Part shown: positions 49,445-64,000 of the stretch, piece after piece
Layout of the letters: every line of letters begins with the position of its first letter
Position numbering within the stretch: the stretch's first letter is position 1
NCBI GenBank assembly: GCA_963764715.1
Contig: CAVXTP010000022.1
Span: 96,001 to 160,000 of the forward strand
DNA: 64,000 nucleotides
Source of the DNA: an uncultured Acidobacteriota bacterium
Lineage (GTDB): Bacteria; Acidobacteriota; Thermoanaerobaculia; UBA5066; Gp7-AA6
Direction: 5' to 3'
The notes under the pieces: generated by a model
Seen by the model: only the letters and a program-made list of their open reading frames with translations
Told to the model about the DNA's origin: nothing
Database searches by the model: none
Program-made: the position numbers and the translations under genes

Positions 49445-50464
49445 ATGCCGACCTCCCGCGCCTGGTTCGTCGACCGCTTCGGAGGGCCCGAGAAGCTGGT
49501 TCTGCGGGAGAGGCCCGACCCGGTGCCCGGGCCCGGAGAGGTTCTCGTTCGCACCGCCGCGATCGGTCTCAACTTCGCGGACCTCTTCGTGCGGTCGGGC
49601 GACTACCCGCGAACGCCGAAGCCGCCGTTCGTGCCCGGGATGGAGATCTCCGGGACGGTTGAGGCGGTGGGACCGGGGGTGACGGGGCTGGCGCCGGGCC
49701 GTCGCGTCGTCGCCGTCCCGATCTTCGGCGGGCACGCCGAGAAGGTCGTCGTGCCCGAGCGCCGTGTTTTTCCCCTGCCCGACACGGTCGACCTCGTCGA
49801 GGCGGCGGCCGTTCCGGTCGTCTTCCTGACCGCCTGGTACGCGTGCGCCCGCGCGCAGGTCGGCCCGCGCGATCGGGTCGTGGTGACCGCGGCCTCCGGG
49901 GGAGTCGGGACGGCCCTTCTCCAGGTGCTCCGGGAGCGCGGCGCGAAGACGGTCGCCCTGGTCGGCTCGGAGAAGAAGGCGGCGCTCTGCCGCGAGCTCG
50001 GCGCCGCCGAAGCCGGCGTATACGCGGAATCCGACGCGCTCCTCGAGCGGGCTTTCGGCGGCGGCGCGGACGTCGTGATCGATGCGATCGGCGGCAGAGT
50101 GTTCCGGAATCTCTGGCGGCGCCTCGACGCCGGCGGCCGTTACGTGCTCTACGGCTTTGCGGCGGCCTCGGGAGGCTCCGGCGTCGCGAAGCTGACCGCG
50201 GCGCGCGAGCTCGCGGCGATGGGTCTCTTCTCGCCGTACTCGTTCGTCCAGAGCTGCAAGACGCTCATCGGGTTCAACCTCTCGCTTCTCCCGGACCGGT
50301 CGGGGGAGCTCCAGCGCGCCGCGATGGAGATCTTCGGCCTCTGGACGGCCGGGCGGATCCGCCCGATTCTCGGACCGCGCTTTCCCTTCGAGCGGCTGCC
50401 GGATGCGCACCGCGCGCTCGCCGGGCGCGGCACGCAGGGCAAGGTCGTCATCACGGTTGGTTGA
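49445..50464 (+). CDS. MDR-family NADPH:quinone oxidoreductase / zinc-binding dehydrogenase
   Basis: IGLNFAD, PFVPGME, AASGGVG and GKVVI motifs. Confidence 0.9.
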   Translation: MPTSRAWFVDRFGGPEKLVLRERPDPVPGPGEVLVRTAAIGLNFADLFVRSGDYPRTPKPPFVPGMEISGTVEAVGPGVTGLAPGRRVVAVPIFGGHAEKVVVPERRVFPLPDTVDLVEAAAVPVVFLTAWYACARAQVGPRDRVVVTAASGGVGTALLQVLRERGAKTVALVGSEKKAALCRELGAAEAGVYAESDALLERAFGGGADVVIDAIGGRVFRNLWRRLDAGGRYVLYGFAAASGGSGVAKLTAARELAAMGLFSPYSFVQSCKTLIGFNLSLLPDRSGELQRAAMEIFGLWTAGRIRPILGPRFPFERLPDAHRALAGRGTQGKVVITVG

Positions 50465-50497
50465 TACGATCCTCCGCAATTTTGAAGAGGTCGCGTC

Positions 50498-51658
50498 ATG
50501 CGCATCGACACGTTTCACATGGAGCGCACGCAGTCCCTCTACGAGAACGAGGTCCGCTGGAACCTCTCGGAGAGCGGCGTTTCACCGCTCCGGGTCGAGG
50601 AGCTTCTCGAGGGCGACGCCGGGCGCTCCGAGTTTCTCTCGACCGCGCTGAAGTACCCCGAGTCGAACGGGTCGCGCCTGCTCCGCGAGCGGATCGCGCG
50701 CTTCTATCCCGGAGCGGCCGCCGAGAACGTTCTCGTCACCACGGGCACTTCCGAAGCCAACTACACGGCGCTCTGGGGCCTTCTCGAGAAGGGCGACCGG
50801 GCCGCGGTCATGCTGCCCTCCTACCTGCAGGCGTGGGGCCTCGCCCGCGCCTACGCCGGCCGGGCCGACGCCTACCGCCTCGTCGAGAAGCGCCGGGGCC
50901 TCGCCAAGCGCTGGGTGCTCGACGTCGACGGGCTGCGGCGGGCCGTCACGAAGCGCACGAAGGTCATCATGGTGACCAACCCCAACAACCCCACCGGCGC
51001 CGTCCTGACCGAAGACGAGATGGACGAGATCGTCGCGGCCGCGCGAAGAGTCGGCGCCTGGATCGTGTCGGACGAGGTGTACCGCGGCGCCGAGGTCGAG
51101 GGGAACGTCCCCTCGCCGACCTTCTGGGGCCGGTACTCGAGGGTCGTCGTCACGGCGGGCCTGTCGAAGGCCTTCGGGCTGCCGGGGCTGAGGATCGGGT
51201 GGATCGTCGCGCCTCCCGCGCAGGCCGCACGGTTCTGGTCCTACCAGGACTACACGACGCTCACGCCGTCGATGCTGTCCGACCGTCTGGCCCGCGCGGC
51301 GATGGAGCCGGCGCGGCGCGACGCGATCCTGGCGCGCACGCGCGAGATCATCCGCCGGCAGCTTCCCGAGGTGGAAGCGTGGGTCCGGTCCCACGAGGGT
51401 CTCCTGGAGTCGATCCGGCCGGCGGCCGGGGCGATCTTCCTCGTGAAGTACCGCCTGCCGATCGGGTCGGTGGCCCTCTTCGAGCGGCTGCGGATCGAAA
51501 AATCGGTCCTGATCACGCCGGGCGCGCACTTCGGGGTCGGCAAGTACATCCGGGTCGGATACGGCTACGACCTCGGCAAGGTGAAGCAGGGACTGGCGAA
51601 GATCGACGATTTATTTTCGGAGCTTCGGGCCCCGTCCGCGCGACGCCGCGCATCCTGA
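50498..51658 (+). CDS. Class I/II PLP-dependent aminotransferase
   Basis: NPNNPTG, DEVY and SKAFGLPGLRIGW motifs. Confidence 0.93.
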   Translation: MRIDTFHMERTQSLYENEVRWNLSESGVSPLRVEELLEGDAGRSEFLSTALKYPESNGSRLLRERIARFYPGAAAENVLVTTGTSEANYTALWGLLEKGDRAAVMLPSYLQAWGLARAYAGRADAYRLVEKRRGLAKRWVLDVDGLRRAVTKRTKVIMVTNPNNPTGAVLTEDEMDEIVAAARRVGAWIVSDEVYRGAEVEGNVPSPTFWGRYSRVVVTAGLSKAFGLPGLRIGWIVAPPAQAARFWSYQDYTTLTPSMLSDRLARAAMEPARRDAILARTREIIRRQLPEVEAWVRSHEGLLESIRPAAGAIFLVKYRLPIGSVALFERLRIEKSVLITPGAHFGVGKYIRVGYGYDLGKVKQGLAKIDDLFSELRAPSARRRAS

Positions 51659-51733
51659 CGCGGGGGCCCGGGCGGGGATCGGATCGTCTTGCAACGGTTG
51701 GGGTTCCGCTCGACTGACCCCTTTTGAGAGCAG

Positions 51734-51749
51734 TGTGACGCGGCTCACA
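51734..51749. promoter_or_regulatory. CRP/FNR-family binding site (perfect TGTGA-N6-TCACA)
   Basis: tgtga-cgcggc-tcaca in the intergenic region upstream of carD. Confidence 0.65.
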
Positions 51750-51808
51750 AATCTTCGGTAAGTTGCTGCATCAGCATAAGTTCTGCGCCCCGGAATGGGC
51801 CTCCGGGT

Positions 51809-51837
51809 TTGAGTTTCAAGCTTCTTTTCCCTATAAT
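51809..51837 (+). promoter_or_regulatory. Sigma70-type promoter of carD
   Basis: TTGAGT-17 nt-TATAAT. Confidence 0.7.
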
Positions 51838-51886
51838 CCGCGGCTCCCGGATCAGGTCTTTTTTAACTTCTTTCGAGGAGGGGCGA

Positions 51887-52444
51887 GTGGGATTCAAGGT
51901 GGGAGAGAAGATCGTGTACCCCAACCATGGGGTATCGGTGGTCGAAAAGATCGGCGAGGGGTTCGCGACGGAGCCGGTTGCGCCGCGGAGCTTCTATCAT
52001 CTCCGTCTCCTGTCCAACAATTCCCGGGTGATGGTTCCCGTGGGCAACACGGGGCTCATCGGTCTGCGCCGGCTGACCCAGCGCAAGGACATCACGGGTC
52101 TGATGAAGACCCTGGGCGACGGCCGCTTCTCCGCGACGGGCGACTGGAAGGGCCGCTACAAGCAGAACCTCGACAAGATGAAGTCGGGGGAGCTCCACGC
52201 CATCGCCGATGTGCTCAAGACGCTCAATTACATCTCCTCGCGCAAGACGCTGTCGTTCCGCGAGAAGAAGATGTACGAGCGGGCCAAGTACCTCATCGTC
52301 TCCGAGATCGCCGTGATCAACAACCTGGACGAGAAGGAAGTCGAGCGCCAGGTCGACAAGGCGCTCGCGCGGTCGGCTTCGAGCCGCGCCGCTTCGGCGG
52401 CCAGCCGCCCGGTCCCGGTGGCGGCCCGCGCCGCGTCGCACTGA
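51887..52444 (+). CDS. carD: CarD/CdnL family transcription regulator
   Basis: FKVGEKIVYPNHGV, conserved Trp (GDWKGRY) and LSFREKKM; GAGGAG SD before the GTG. Confidence 0.92.
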   Translation: MGFKVGEKIVYPNHGVSVVEKIGEGFATEPVAPRSFYHLRLLSNNSRVMVPVGNTGLIGLRRLTQRKDITGLMKTLGDGRFSATGDWKGRYKQNLDKMKSGELHAIADVLKTLNYISSRKTLSFREKKMYERAKYLIVSEIAVINNLDEKEVERQVDKALARSASSRAASAASRPVPVAARAASH

Positions 52445-52466
52445 TCCGGCCCGGCCCATCGATCTG

Positions 52467-52499
52467 AGGGGGCGGCTTCAGCCGCCCCCTTTCGTTTCT
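52467..52499 (+). terminator. Rho-independent terminator after carD
   Basis: agggggcggc-ttca-gccgccccct followed by ttcgtttct. Confidence 0.75.
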
Positions 52500-52513
52500 G
52501 AGAGAATGCGGCC

Positions 52514-53062
52514 ATGGAAGCCGCAACGCGATCCGCCGTTCCCCGCATCGTGGTCGCCCTGTTCGTGGGGGCCCTCGTCGGTTTTTCCGCCGGATACTTC
52601 GCCGGAGGGGGCGGGCGTCCGAAGGGCGCCTCGGCCTCCGGGGCCGCGGGCGGCCCGGCGGGCGAGCTCCGGCAGGCCATCGACCGCGACCCCGAGAACC
52701 CGGCGCTCTGGATCCAGCTCGGCAACTTCGAGTACGACCGGGAGGACTGGGACGCCGCCATCGCGGCCTACGAGAAGGCGCGGCGCAAGGCGCCGAAAAA
52801 CGCCAACCTGCTCTCGGACCTCGGCGCCGCGCACCGGAACGCCGGCGACTTCGATCTCGCCGTCGCGTTCTTCGGCAAGGCGCGGGAAGCCGATCCGAAC
52901 CAGTGGCAGTCGCTCCTGAACTGGGTGCTCGTCGAGGCCTTCGACCGCCGGAACGCGGTGGCGGCCCAGCGCCTCTTCGACGAGCTCAAGACGAAGTACC
53001 CGGAGATCCCCCAGCTCGACCGCATCCAGGCGCAGATCACGAGCCTTCGCACGGGGACGTAG
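52514..53062 (+). CDS. Membrane-anchored TPR protein
   Basis: N-terminal TM and TPR repeats (DPENPALWIQLGN). Confidence 0.85.
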   Translation: MEAATRSAVPRIVVALFVGALVGFSAGYFAGGGGRPKGASASGAAGGPAGELRQAIDRDPENPALWIQLGNFEYDREDWDAAIAAYEKARRKAPKNANLLSDLGAAHRNAGDFDLAVAFFGKAREADPNQWQSLLNWVLVEAFDRRNAVAAQRLFDELKTKYPEIPQLDRIQAQITSLRTGT

Positions 53063-53186
53063 TGTTGCGTCACCATAGTTTCGACAGCGACATTCGGCGT
53101 CGAGACGACCAACGTGGCCCTCGCTCCCGGGCCTTCCTGCATCTTTCGAGCGAAGAGATCGATACCGTGACTTCGGTGACAGGACA
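53063..53186. mobile_element. Putative MITE (124 bp) with IS481-like TGT...ACA ends
   Basis: Imperfect terminal inverted repeats TGTTGCGTCACCATAGT / TGTCCTGTCACCGAAGT (reverse complement); flanked by GTAG and CTAG. Confidence 0.6.
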
Positions 53187-53193
53187 CTAGCCG

Positions 53194-53456
53194 GTGGCGA
53201 AGGTCGTCCTCCTCGTCTTCGCGCTCTTCATGCTCCTGACGGTTCTGCGAGGACTGCGGATCTTCTTTCGGGCGTTCCGCTCATCCGCCGGCGCCTTTCC
53301 CCGGCAGCGCCCCCCGGCGCCCCGCGAGGAAGTCATGGTCCGGGACCCCGTCTGCGGCACCTGGATCGACCGCAAGCTCGCCCTTCCGGCGCAGCGCGGC
53401 GGCGAGACCATCGCCGTCTGTTCGAGGGAATGCCAGCGGTCCCTCGAGGCGGCGCG

Positions 53457-53460
<4 letters not shown>
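53194..53460 (+). CDS. Small membrane protein with YHS/TRASH-like motif
   Basis: N-terminal TM; MVRDPVCGTWI...CSREC. Confidence 0.8.
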
Positions 53461-59188
<5,728 letters not shown>

Positions 59189-59284
59189 TTAACACCTGAA
59201 GGGCGGGAGTTTATTTCGGATTGGCGGGGGAGTCGAGGGGCGGCGGACCGGCCAGCCGCTCCGGGGAGGCGCGGGTTCGGGCGG

Positions 59285-60121
59285 TCAGCGCGATTCCAGG
59301 ATGTACTCGAGCGGGTTGACGGGCCGTCCGTCGACGTGCACCTCGTAGTGCAGGTGAGGCGCGGTCGACCGTCCGGTCGAGCCGACGAGGCCCACGCGAT
59401 CGCCCCGGTGGATCGTCTGGCCCTCGGAAACGAGCGTCTGGTCGAGGTGGCCGTAGAGCGTGACGTAACGGTCGTTGTGGACGATCTCGATCGCCCGACC
59501 GTACTCGCCCGCCCAGCCCGACAGGAGGACCGTGCCGTCGGCGGTCGCCAGCACCGGCTCGCCCCGCGACGTGGAGATGTCGATGCCTTCATGCGTGGCG
59601 GCGCCGCCGGCGAACGGGTCGGTCCGCAGTCCGAAGGCCGAGGTCACGACGCCGTGCACCGGCCAGACGGTGGGAGTCGACGCGATCAGGGCCGAGCGCC
59701 GCGAGAACTGCTTCTCGAGCAGGGCGAGCCTCGAGTCGAGCAGGGCGCTCTGGTCGCTCCACGCCGTGGACCCGGGCGCCACGGCCGGGCCGCCGACGCC
59801 GCCCGCGACCGAGTCGGAGAGGCCGGCGACGATCGCGAGCCGACGGGTGCGCGCCTCGAACTCGGAGAGCCTTCGCGTGATGCCGTCGAGACGCTGGTGG
59901 AGGACCGCGGCGCTCGAGCGCAGGCGCGCGTTCTCGGCGACCGCGAAACGGTACTGGCGGTCGCGGCGGGCCGACGCGAAATAGGCCCAGCCGAAGACGA
60001 CCGAGGCGAGGAGGAGAGCGGCGGCGGCCGCCGCCGAGAGGCCGAGGAACCGCGAAGAAATGGTCAACTTGCGAAACCGCGCCCGCGCATGCGGCACGAA
60101 AATGATCGTGTTGTACTTCAA
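59285..60121 (-). CDS. M23 family metallopeptidase
   Basis: HEGID, YGHL and [14 protein letters not shown] motifs; N-terminal TM and coiled coil. Confidence 0.92.
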   Translation of the reverse strand: MKYNTIIFVPHARARFRKLTISSRFLGLSAAAAAALLLASVVFGWAYFASARRDRQYRFAVAENARLRSSAAVLHQRLDGITRRLSEFEARTRRLAIVAGLSDSVAGGVGGPAVAPGSTAWSDQSALLDSRLALLEKQFSRRSALIASTPTVWPVHGVVTSAFGLRTDPFAGGAATHEGIDISTSRGEPVLATADGTVLLSGWAGEYGRAIEIVHNDRYVTLYGHLDQTLVSEGQTIHRGDRVGLVGSTGRSTAPHLHYEVHVDGRPVNPLEYILESR

Positions 60122-60223
60122 CGCTTCCTCCTTCCTCGGCCCGCGCGAGAGTTTCCCGTGTACGCCCGCCGAACCGGTTCGAGAGTTGAGCCCGGAGCCG
60201 ACGCTCCGGATGATGCGTCGATC

Positions 60224-61783
60224 CTATGGGCGCATCCCCCCACTGTCAACCTGCTCGTCCGGGCAGGAAAGGGGCGGCGCGAGGGCCGGGGGACGAAAAG
60301 CCAGCGCTTCGGACAGGTGCGGCGCGGTGACCCGTTCGTTCTCTTCGAGGTCGGCGATCGTGCGCGCCACGCGCAGGGCCCGATGGATCGCGCGCGCCGA
60401 GAGCTGCAGGCGCAGGACCCCGGACTCGAGGACACGCCGGCCGGCGGCGTCGAGCGCCGCGTGCTGCACAAGCTCGTGTGCACTCAGATCCGCATTGCGC
60501 GACCCTGGCCGTCCGGCGCGGCGGGCCGCCCGCTCGCGCGCCTGCTCGACGCGGGCTCGGATCCGCTCCGACGCCTCCGCCGGACGCGACGTCTGGAGAT
60601 CGGCCCACGCCAGGGCGCGCATGGCGACGTGCAGATCGATCCGATCGAGCAGGGGGCCCGAGACCTTGCGGGCGTAACGCGCCTTTTCGCGCGGGTCGCA
60701 GGCGCAGGCCCGCCGCGGGTCGCCCGCGAATCCGCAGGGGCAGGGGTTGCGCGCCGCGACGAGCAGCACGTCGCAGGGAAAGACGCAGGCGCCTCCGACG
60801 CGAACCACGGTGATCGATCGCTCCTCGAGCGGCTGGCGGATCGCCTCGAGGGCGTCGCGCCGGAATTCGGGGAGCTCGTCGAGAAAGAGGACGCCGCGAT
60901 GCGCGAGCGAGATCTCGCCGGGCACCGGCCGCGCGCCTCCGCCGACGAGCCCGGCCGTCGAAATGCCGTGATGCGGGGATCGGAAGGGCGGCGCCCCGAG
61001 CAGACCCGCGCCGGCCGGAATCGCCCCGGCGACCGAATGAATCCGGGTGACCTCGATCGCCTCGGTCCGCGAGAGCGGCGCGAGGATCCCGGGCAGGCGC
61101 CGGGCGAGCATCGTCTTGCCGGCCCCGGGCGGCCCCGTCAGCAGAAGATGATGGCCGCCGGCGGCCGCGATCTCGGCGGCCCGCCGGGCGACGAGCTGTC
61201 CCCGGACGTCGCCGAAGTCGGGGCCGGGAGCCTCGCGGCCCGTCGCCTCGCCGTGGGCGAACGGCGCGATCGGCCGCGTGCCGAGGACGTGCTCGACGGC
61301 GGCCGTCAGGTGGGCGACCGGGATGACGTCGATGCCGTCGATGGCCGCGGCCTCGCGCGCGCTCGCGGCGGGAAGAACGATCTGGTGGAATCCGGCGTCG
61401 CGGGCCGCCAGCGCCAGGCAGAGCGCCCCCCGGACCGCCCGGACCTGCCCGCCGAGGCCGAGCTCCCCGACGAAGACCCGGCGGGTCGGCCCCGCCGGCC
61501 GCGTTCCGCCGAGCCAGAGCAGGCCGAGGGCCACCGGTAAGTCGAGCGCCGCGCCGCACTTCCGGAAATCGGCCGGCGCGAGATTGACGGTGACGGCTCC
61601 CGACGGGACCGCGAAGCCCGCGTTGCGCAGGGCCGACCGGACACGATCGCGCGCCTCGCGCACGCCGGCGTCGGGAAGGCCCACGATCGTGAAGCGAGGC
61701 AGGCCGTCAGACGCGTCGACCTCGATGTCGAGCACGCGTGCCTCGAGCCCGAGCGTGGCGGCGGAATGAACCCGGACGAGCAT
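60224..61783 (-). CDS. comM: YifB/ComM family Mg-chelatase-like AAA ATPase
   Basis: IVGLPD, VNLAPAD, GPPGAGKTMLA, FRSPHH, FLDELPEF, NPCPCG and SGPLLDRID motifs. Confidence 0.94.
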   Translation of the reverse strand: MLVRVHSAATLGLEARVLDIEVDASDGLPRFTIVGLPDAGVREARDRVRSALRNAGFAVPSGAVTVNLAPADFRKCGAALDLPVALGLLWLGGTRPAGPTRRVFVGELGLGGQVRAVRGALCLALAARDAGFHQIVLPAASAREAAAIDGIDVIPVAHLTAAVEHVLGTRPIAPFAHGEATGREAPGPDFGDVRGQLVARRAAEIAAAGGHHLLLTGPPGAGKTMLARRLPGILAPLSRTEAIEVTRIHSVAGAIPAGAGLLGAPPFRSPHHGISTAGLVGGGARPVPGEISLAHRGVLFLDELPEFRRDALEAIRQPLEERSITVVRVGGACVFPCDVLLVAARNPCPCGFAGDPRRACACDPREKARYARKVSGPLLDRIDLHVAMRALAWADLQTSRPAEASERIRARVEQARERAARRAGRPGSRNADLSAHELVQHAALDAAGRRVLESGVLRLQLSARAIHRALRVARTIADLEENERVTAPHLSEALAFRPPALAPPLSCPDEQVDSGGMRP

Positions 61784-61863
61784 GAAACCTCCTCGGGGCC
61801 GAGGAGGCCTGATCGGAGATGAGGACGCGGAGATGGTAGCAGACGGCAGGAGGCAGGAGTAGC

Positions 61864-61893
61864 CTGCTTACTGCTTACTGCTTACTGCTTACT
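61864..61893. repeat. Heptamer tandem repeat (CTGCTTA)x4
   Basis: ctgctta x4 at the mltD stop, preceded by partly complementary gcag-containing heptamers (imperfect hairpin). Confidence 0.8.
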
Positions 61894-63541
61894 TCCCCGT
61901 ACTGGGGATCTTCAGCTTGTCCCCGGGCTTGATCGGCCCGGAGCCCCCGAGGCCGTTGACCGCGAGGATTTCGGCCACCGTCGTCCCGTGCCGCAGGGCG
62001 ATCTGGTAGAGCGTGTCGCCGTCGCGGACCTTGTAGCTCTTCGGCGGAGCCGGTTTGGCCGGGGCGTCCGCCTTCCGGGCCACGCGGACCGCGCCGCTCT
62101 TCGACGACTTCTTCGCCGGGGCGCTCGCGGTCTTCACCGGGACCATGATTTCCTGGCCGCGGGCGACCTTCGACCGGGTCGTCATCGAGTTGGCGGAGGC
62201 GAGCGTGCTGACGGGGACGCCGTAGCGGCGCGCGATCTTCGGAAGCGTGTCGCCCTTCTTCGCGACGTGCGTCTTGAAGGAGGGCGGGCGGGCGGTCGGA
62301 ACGGCGGCGAGCGCGACGAGCAGCGTCTCGCGGCTTCCGCCCGGCACCTTGAGCTCGTAGCCTTCGGGCTGCTGGGGAGTGATGGGCGACCGTAGCTCCG
62401 GGTTGAGGCCCTGTAGGTCCTCGACCGGGATCTTCGTCGCACGCGCGACGTCCTCGAGGCTGACCGGCCGGTCGAGGCGCACGGTCTCGAACTCCAGGGC
62501 CGGCTCGAGCACGACCTCGAACCCGTAGTGGCCGGGGTTCTTGGAGATCAGGACCGCCGCCAGGAATGCGGGGACGTAGTTCTGGGTCTGCTTGCGGATC
62601 GCGCTCGTGCGGGCGAGTCCCCAGAAGTCGCGGGCGCCCGTGCGGTCCATCGCCCGCAGGATCTTGCCCTCGCCCGCGTTGTAGGCGGCCATCGCGAGGT
62701 ACCAGTCGTCGAAGATCTCGTGAAGGTAGGCGAGGTATTTCGCCGCTGCACGGGTCGCCTTTTCCGGGTCGCTCCGCTCGTCGACGATGCCGTTCGACTT
62801 CAGGCCGTACTGCCGGCCCGTCCGGGGCATGAACTGCCAGATGCCGTGGGCCGACTTGGGGGACCGGGCGTGGGGCAGAAACGAGGACTCGATGAACGCG
62901 ATCATCGCGAGGTCCTGCGGGAGCCCCTCCTCGGCGAAGACCTGGTGGATCATCGGCAGGTACCGTCCCGACCGCGAAAGCCCGGCCGCGATCTTGTCGT
63001 GCAGGGCGTCGCTCTGGAAGGCGGCGATGACGCGCAGGACGGCGTCGTTGACGACGATCGGCACGTCCGGCCGGACCGCGGGAAGGTCCGACGCCACGGC
63101 CTGCCGCGCCTCGGCGATCGCCTCGGGGCTCGCGTCCGGCGACTCGATGTCGGCGGCGAGCTCCGGCGTCACCTCTCCGTGCGAGGTGCCGGCTTCCTCG
63201 GTGGCGCCGGCGAGGGCCTCGTAGCGCTGGATGCCCTCATAGAGCTCGTAGGAGAAGGACTGCATCTGCGCCGACGGGGCCGGCCCGGTCGGCGGGCGCA
63301 GGGTGGTGATCGCGCGTCCGAACTGGTAGCGGGCGCACTCGAAATCGCCGGCGAGGGCGGCGTCGCGTCCGAGCTGGAACTGCTCGGTGGCGGCCGCCAT
63401 GGCCTGCTCCTCGGCGCTCGGAGGCTTCGGCGCCGCTCCGCTCGCTCCGGCCGACGAGCGCGGTGTGCTCGCGCAACCCGCCGCGACACACGCGGCGAAG
63501 ACGGCAAAGCCATGCCGCGCGACCTTCAGGCGGGTCCGCAT
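61889..63541 (-). CDS. mltD: Lytic murein transglycosylase with LysM domains (MltD-like lipoprotein)
   Basis: Lipobox AAGC; IESSF, GIWQFM and AAYNAGE SLT motifs; C-terminal LysM repeats. Confidence 0.9.
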   Translation of the reverse strand: MRTRLKVARHGFAVFAACVAAGCASTPRSSAGASGAAPKPPSAEEQAMAAATEQFQLGRDAALAGDFECARYQFGRAITTLRPPTGPAPSAQMQSFSYELYEGIQRYEALAGATEEAGTSHGEVTPELAADIESPDASPEAIAEARQAVASDLPAVRPDVPIVVNDAVLRVIAAFQSDALHDKIAAGLSRSGRYLPMIHQVFAEEGLPQDLAMIAFIESSFLPHARSPKSAHGIWQFMPRTGRQYGLKSNGIVDERSDPEKATRAAAKYLAYLHEIFDDWYLAMAAYNAGEGKILRAMDRTGARDFWGLARTSAIRKQTQNYVPAFLAAVLISKNPGHYGFEVVLEPALEFETVRLDRPVSLEDVARATKIPVEDLQGLNPELRSPITPQQPEGYELKVPGGSRETLLVALAAVPTARPPSFKTHVAKKGDTLPKIARRYGVPVSTLASANSMTTRSKVARGQEIMVPVKTASAPAKKSSKSGAVRVARKADAPAKPAPPKSYKVRDGDTLYQIALRHGTTVAEILAVNGLGGSGPIKPGDKLKIPSTGK

Positions 63542-63701
63542 GCAAAAAGGTTAAACCCCGTTCTCGGAGGAATGCAAAGTCTTTTCCGTACAGTGTCTCG
63601 CGGGGAGGACAGTTTCGGGGGCTCGGTCCGCCCGGGGAAGCATCGGAGCCTTCGGGACTTCGGCCCTCGGGATGACTTCGCCCGCGCTCACGCGCGCGAA
63701 A

Positions 63702-64000
63702 TCACTTTCCCAGGATGTGGAACTTGAGCGAGAGCAGCAGCCGCTCGATGTCGCTTCGCGACTGGAGCTCGATCGAGAACGACTGGGCGTTGCCGAGCTC
63801 CTTGCCCTGCTTGTCCTCGAACCGGAGCCCGACGGTGACCTGGTGCCCCTGCGAAAGCTGCCGGCGCGGGACCTGGATCTCGAAGACCTTGCTGACTTCC
63901 TTGCGATGGTTGAGGCTCGACGCGAGCAGGTCGTCGACCGAGATTCCCGTCGCGGGCCGGCGGGGTTTTTCTTTCTCGCCCTCCTGCGGCCCGGAGGTCG
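63702..64000 (-). CDS. C-terminal part of a hypothetical protein (5' end beyond the window)
   Basis: Open frame ending ...VTVGLRFEDKQGKELGNAQSFSIELQSRSDIERLLLSLKFHILGK* with host-like codon usage. Confidence 0.7.
   Translation of the reverse strand, partial: TSGPQEGEKEKPRRPATGISVDDLLASSLNHRKEVSKVFEIQVPRRQLSQGHQVTVGLRFEDKQGKELGNAQSFSIELQSRSDIERLLLSLKFHILGK

Overview
This window comes from a high-GC bacterial chromosome (about 70% GC by eye). Gene content and order (Acidobacteria-type VWA protein, TonB/ExbBD-TPR operon, M23-secA-guaB) suggest Acidobacteriota, possibly Thermoanaerobaculia-like; this is inference. Positions 1-26.6 kb and 49.4-64 kb are housekeeping backbone: hisS, aspS, aroB, ftsY, ribD/E, hemW, hppA, nnr, tsaE, a UbiD-family gene, carD, rarA, guaB, secA, comM and mltD. 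Between them lies a ~22.7 kb lower-GC integrative element (26673-49378) inserted in tRNA-Leu(CAA). Unusually, the 41-bp att duplication is the 5' half of the tRNA, so the intact tRNA is cut off from its native promoter; the element appears to supply a replacement -10 box at identical spacing. The element carries an intact tyrosine integrase coupled to a small RHH protein and three copies of a tandem arm-type motif, one of them internal and upstream of a GHKL-ATPase/Shedu-like nuclease fusion. It also carries a satellite-like operon of Xis/HTH and unknown genes, a beta-propeller/SLH surface protein, a GT-C glycosyltransferase with a methyltransferase, and a Sec-signal RHS toxin/immunity locus with a DUF11/DUF4082 partner and a divergent sigma-like factor. 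Two single-base frameshifts (ribE, hppA) look like sequencing errors. All family assignments are from motif recognition by eye, not database searches.
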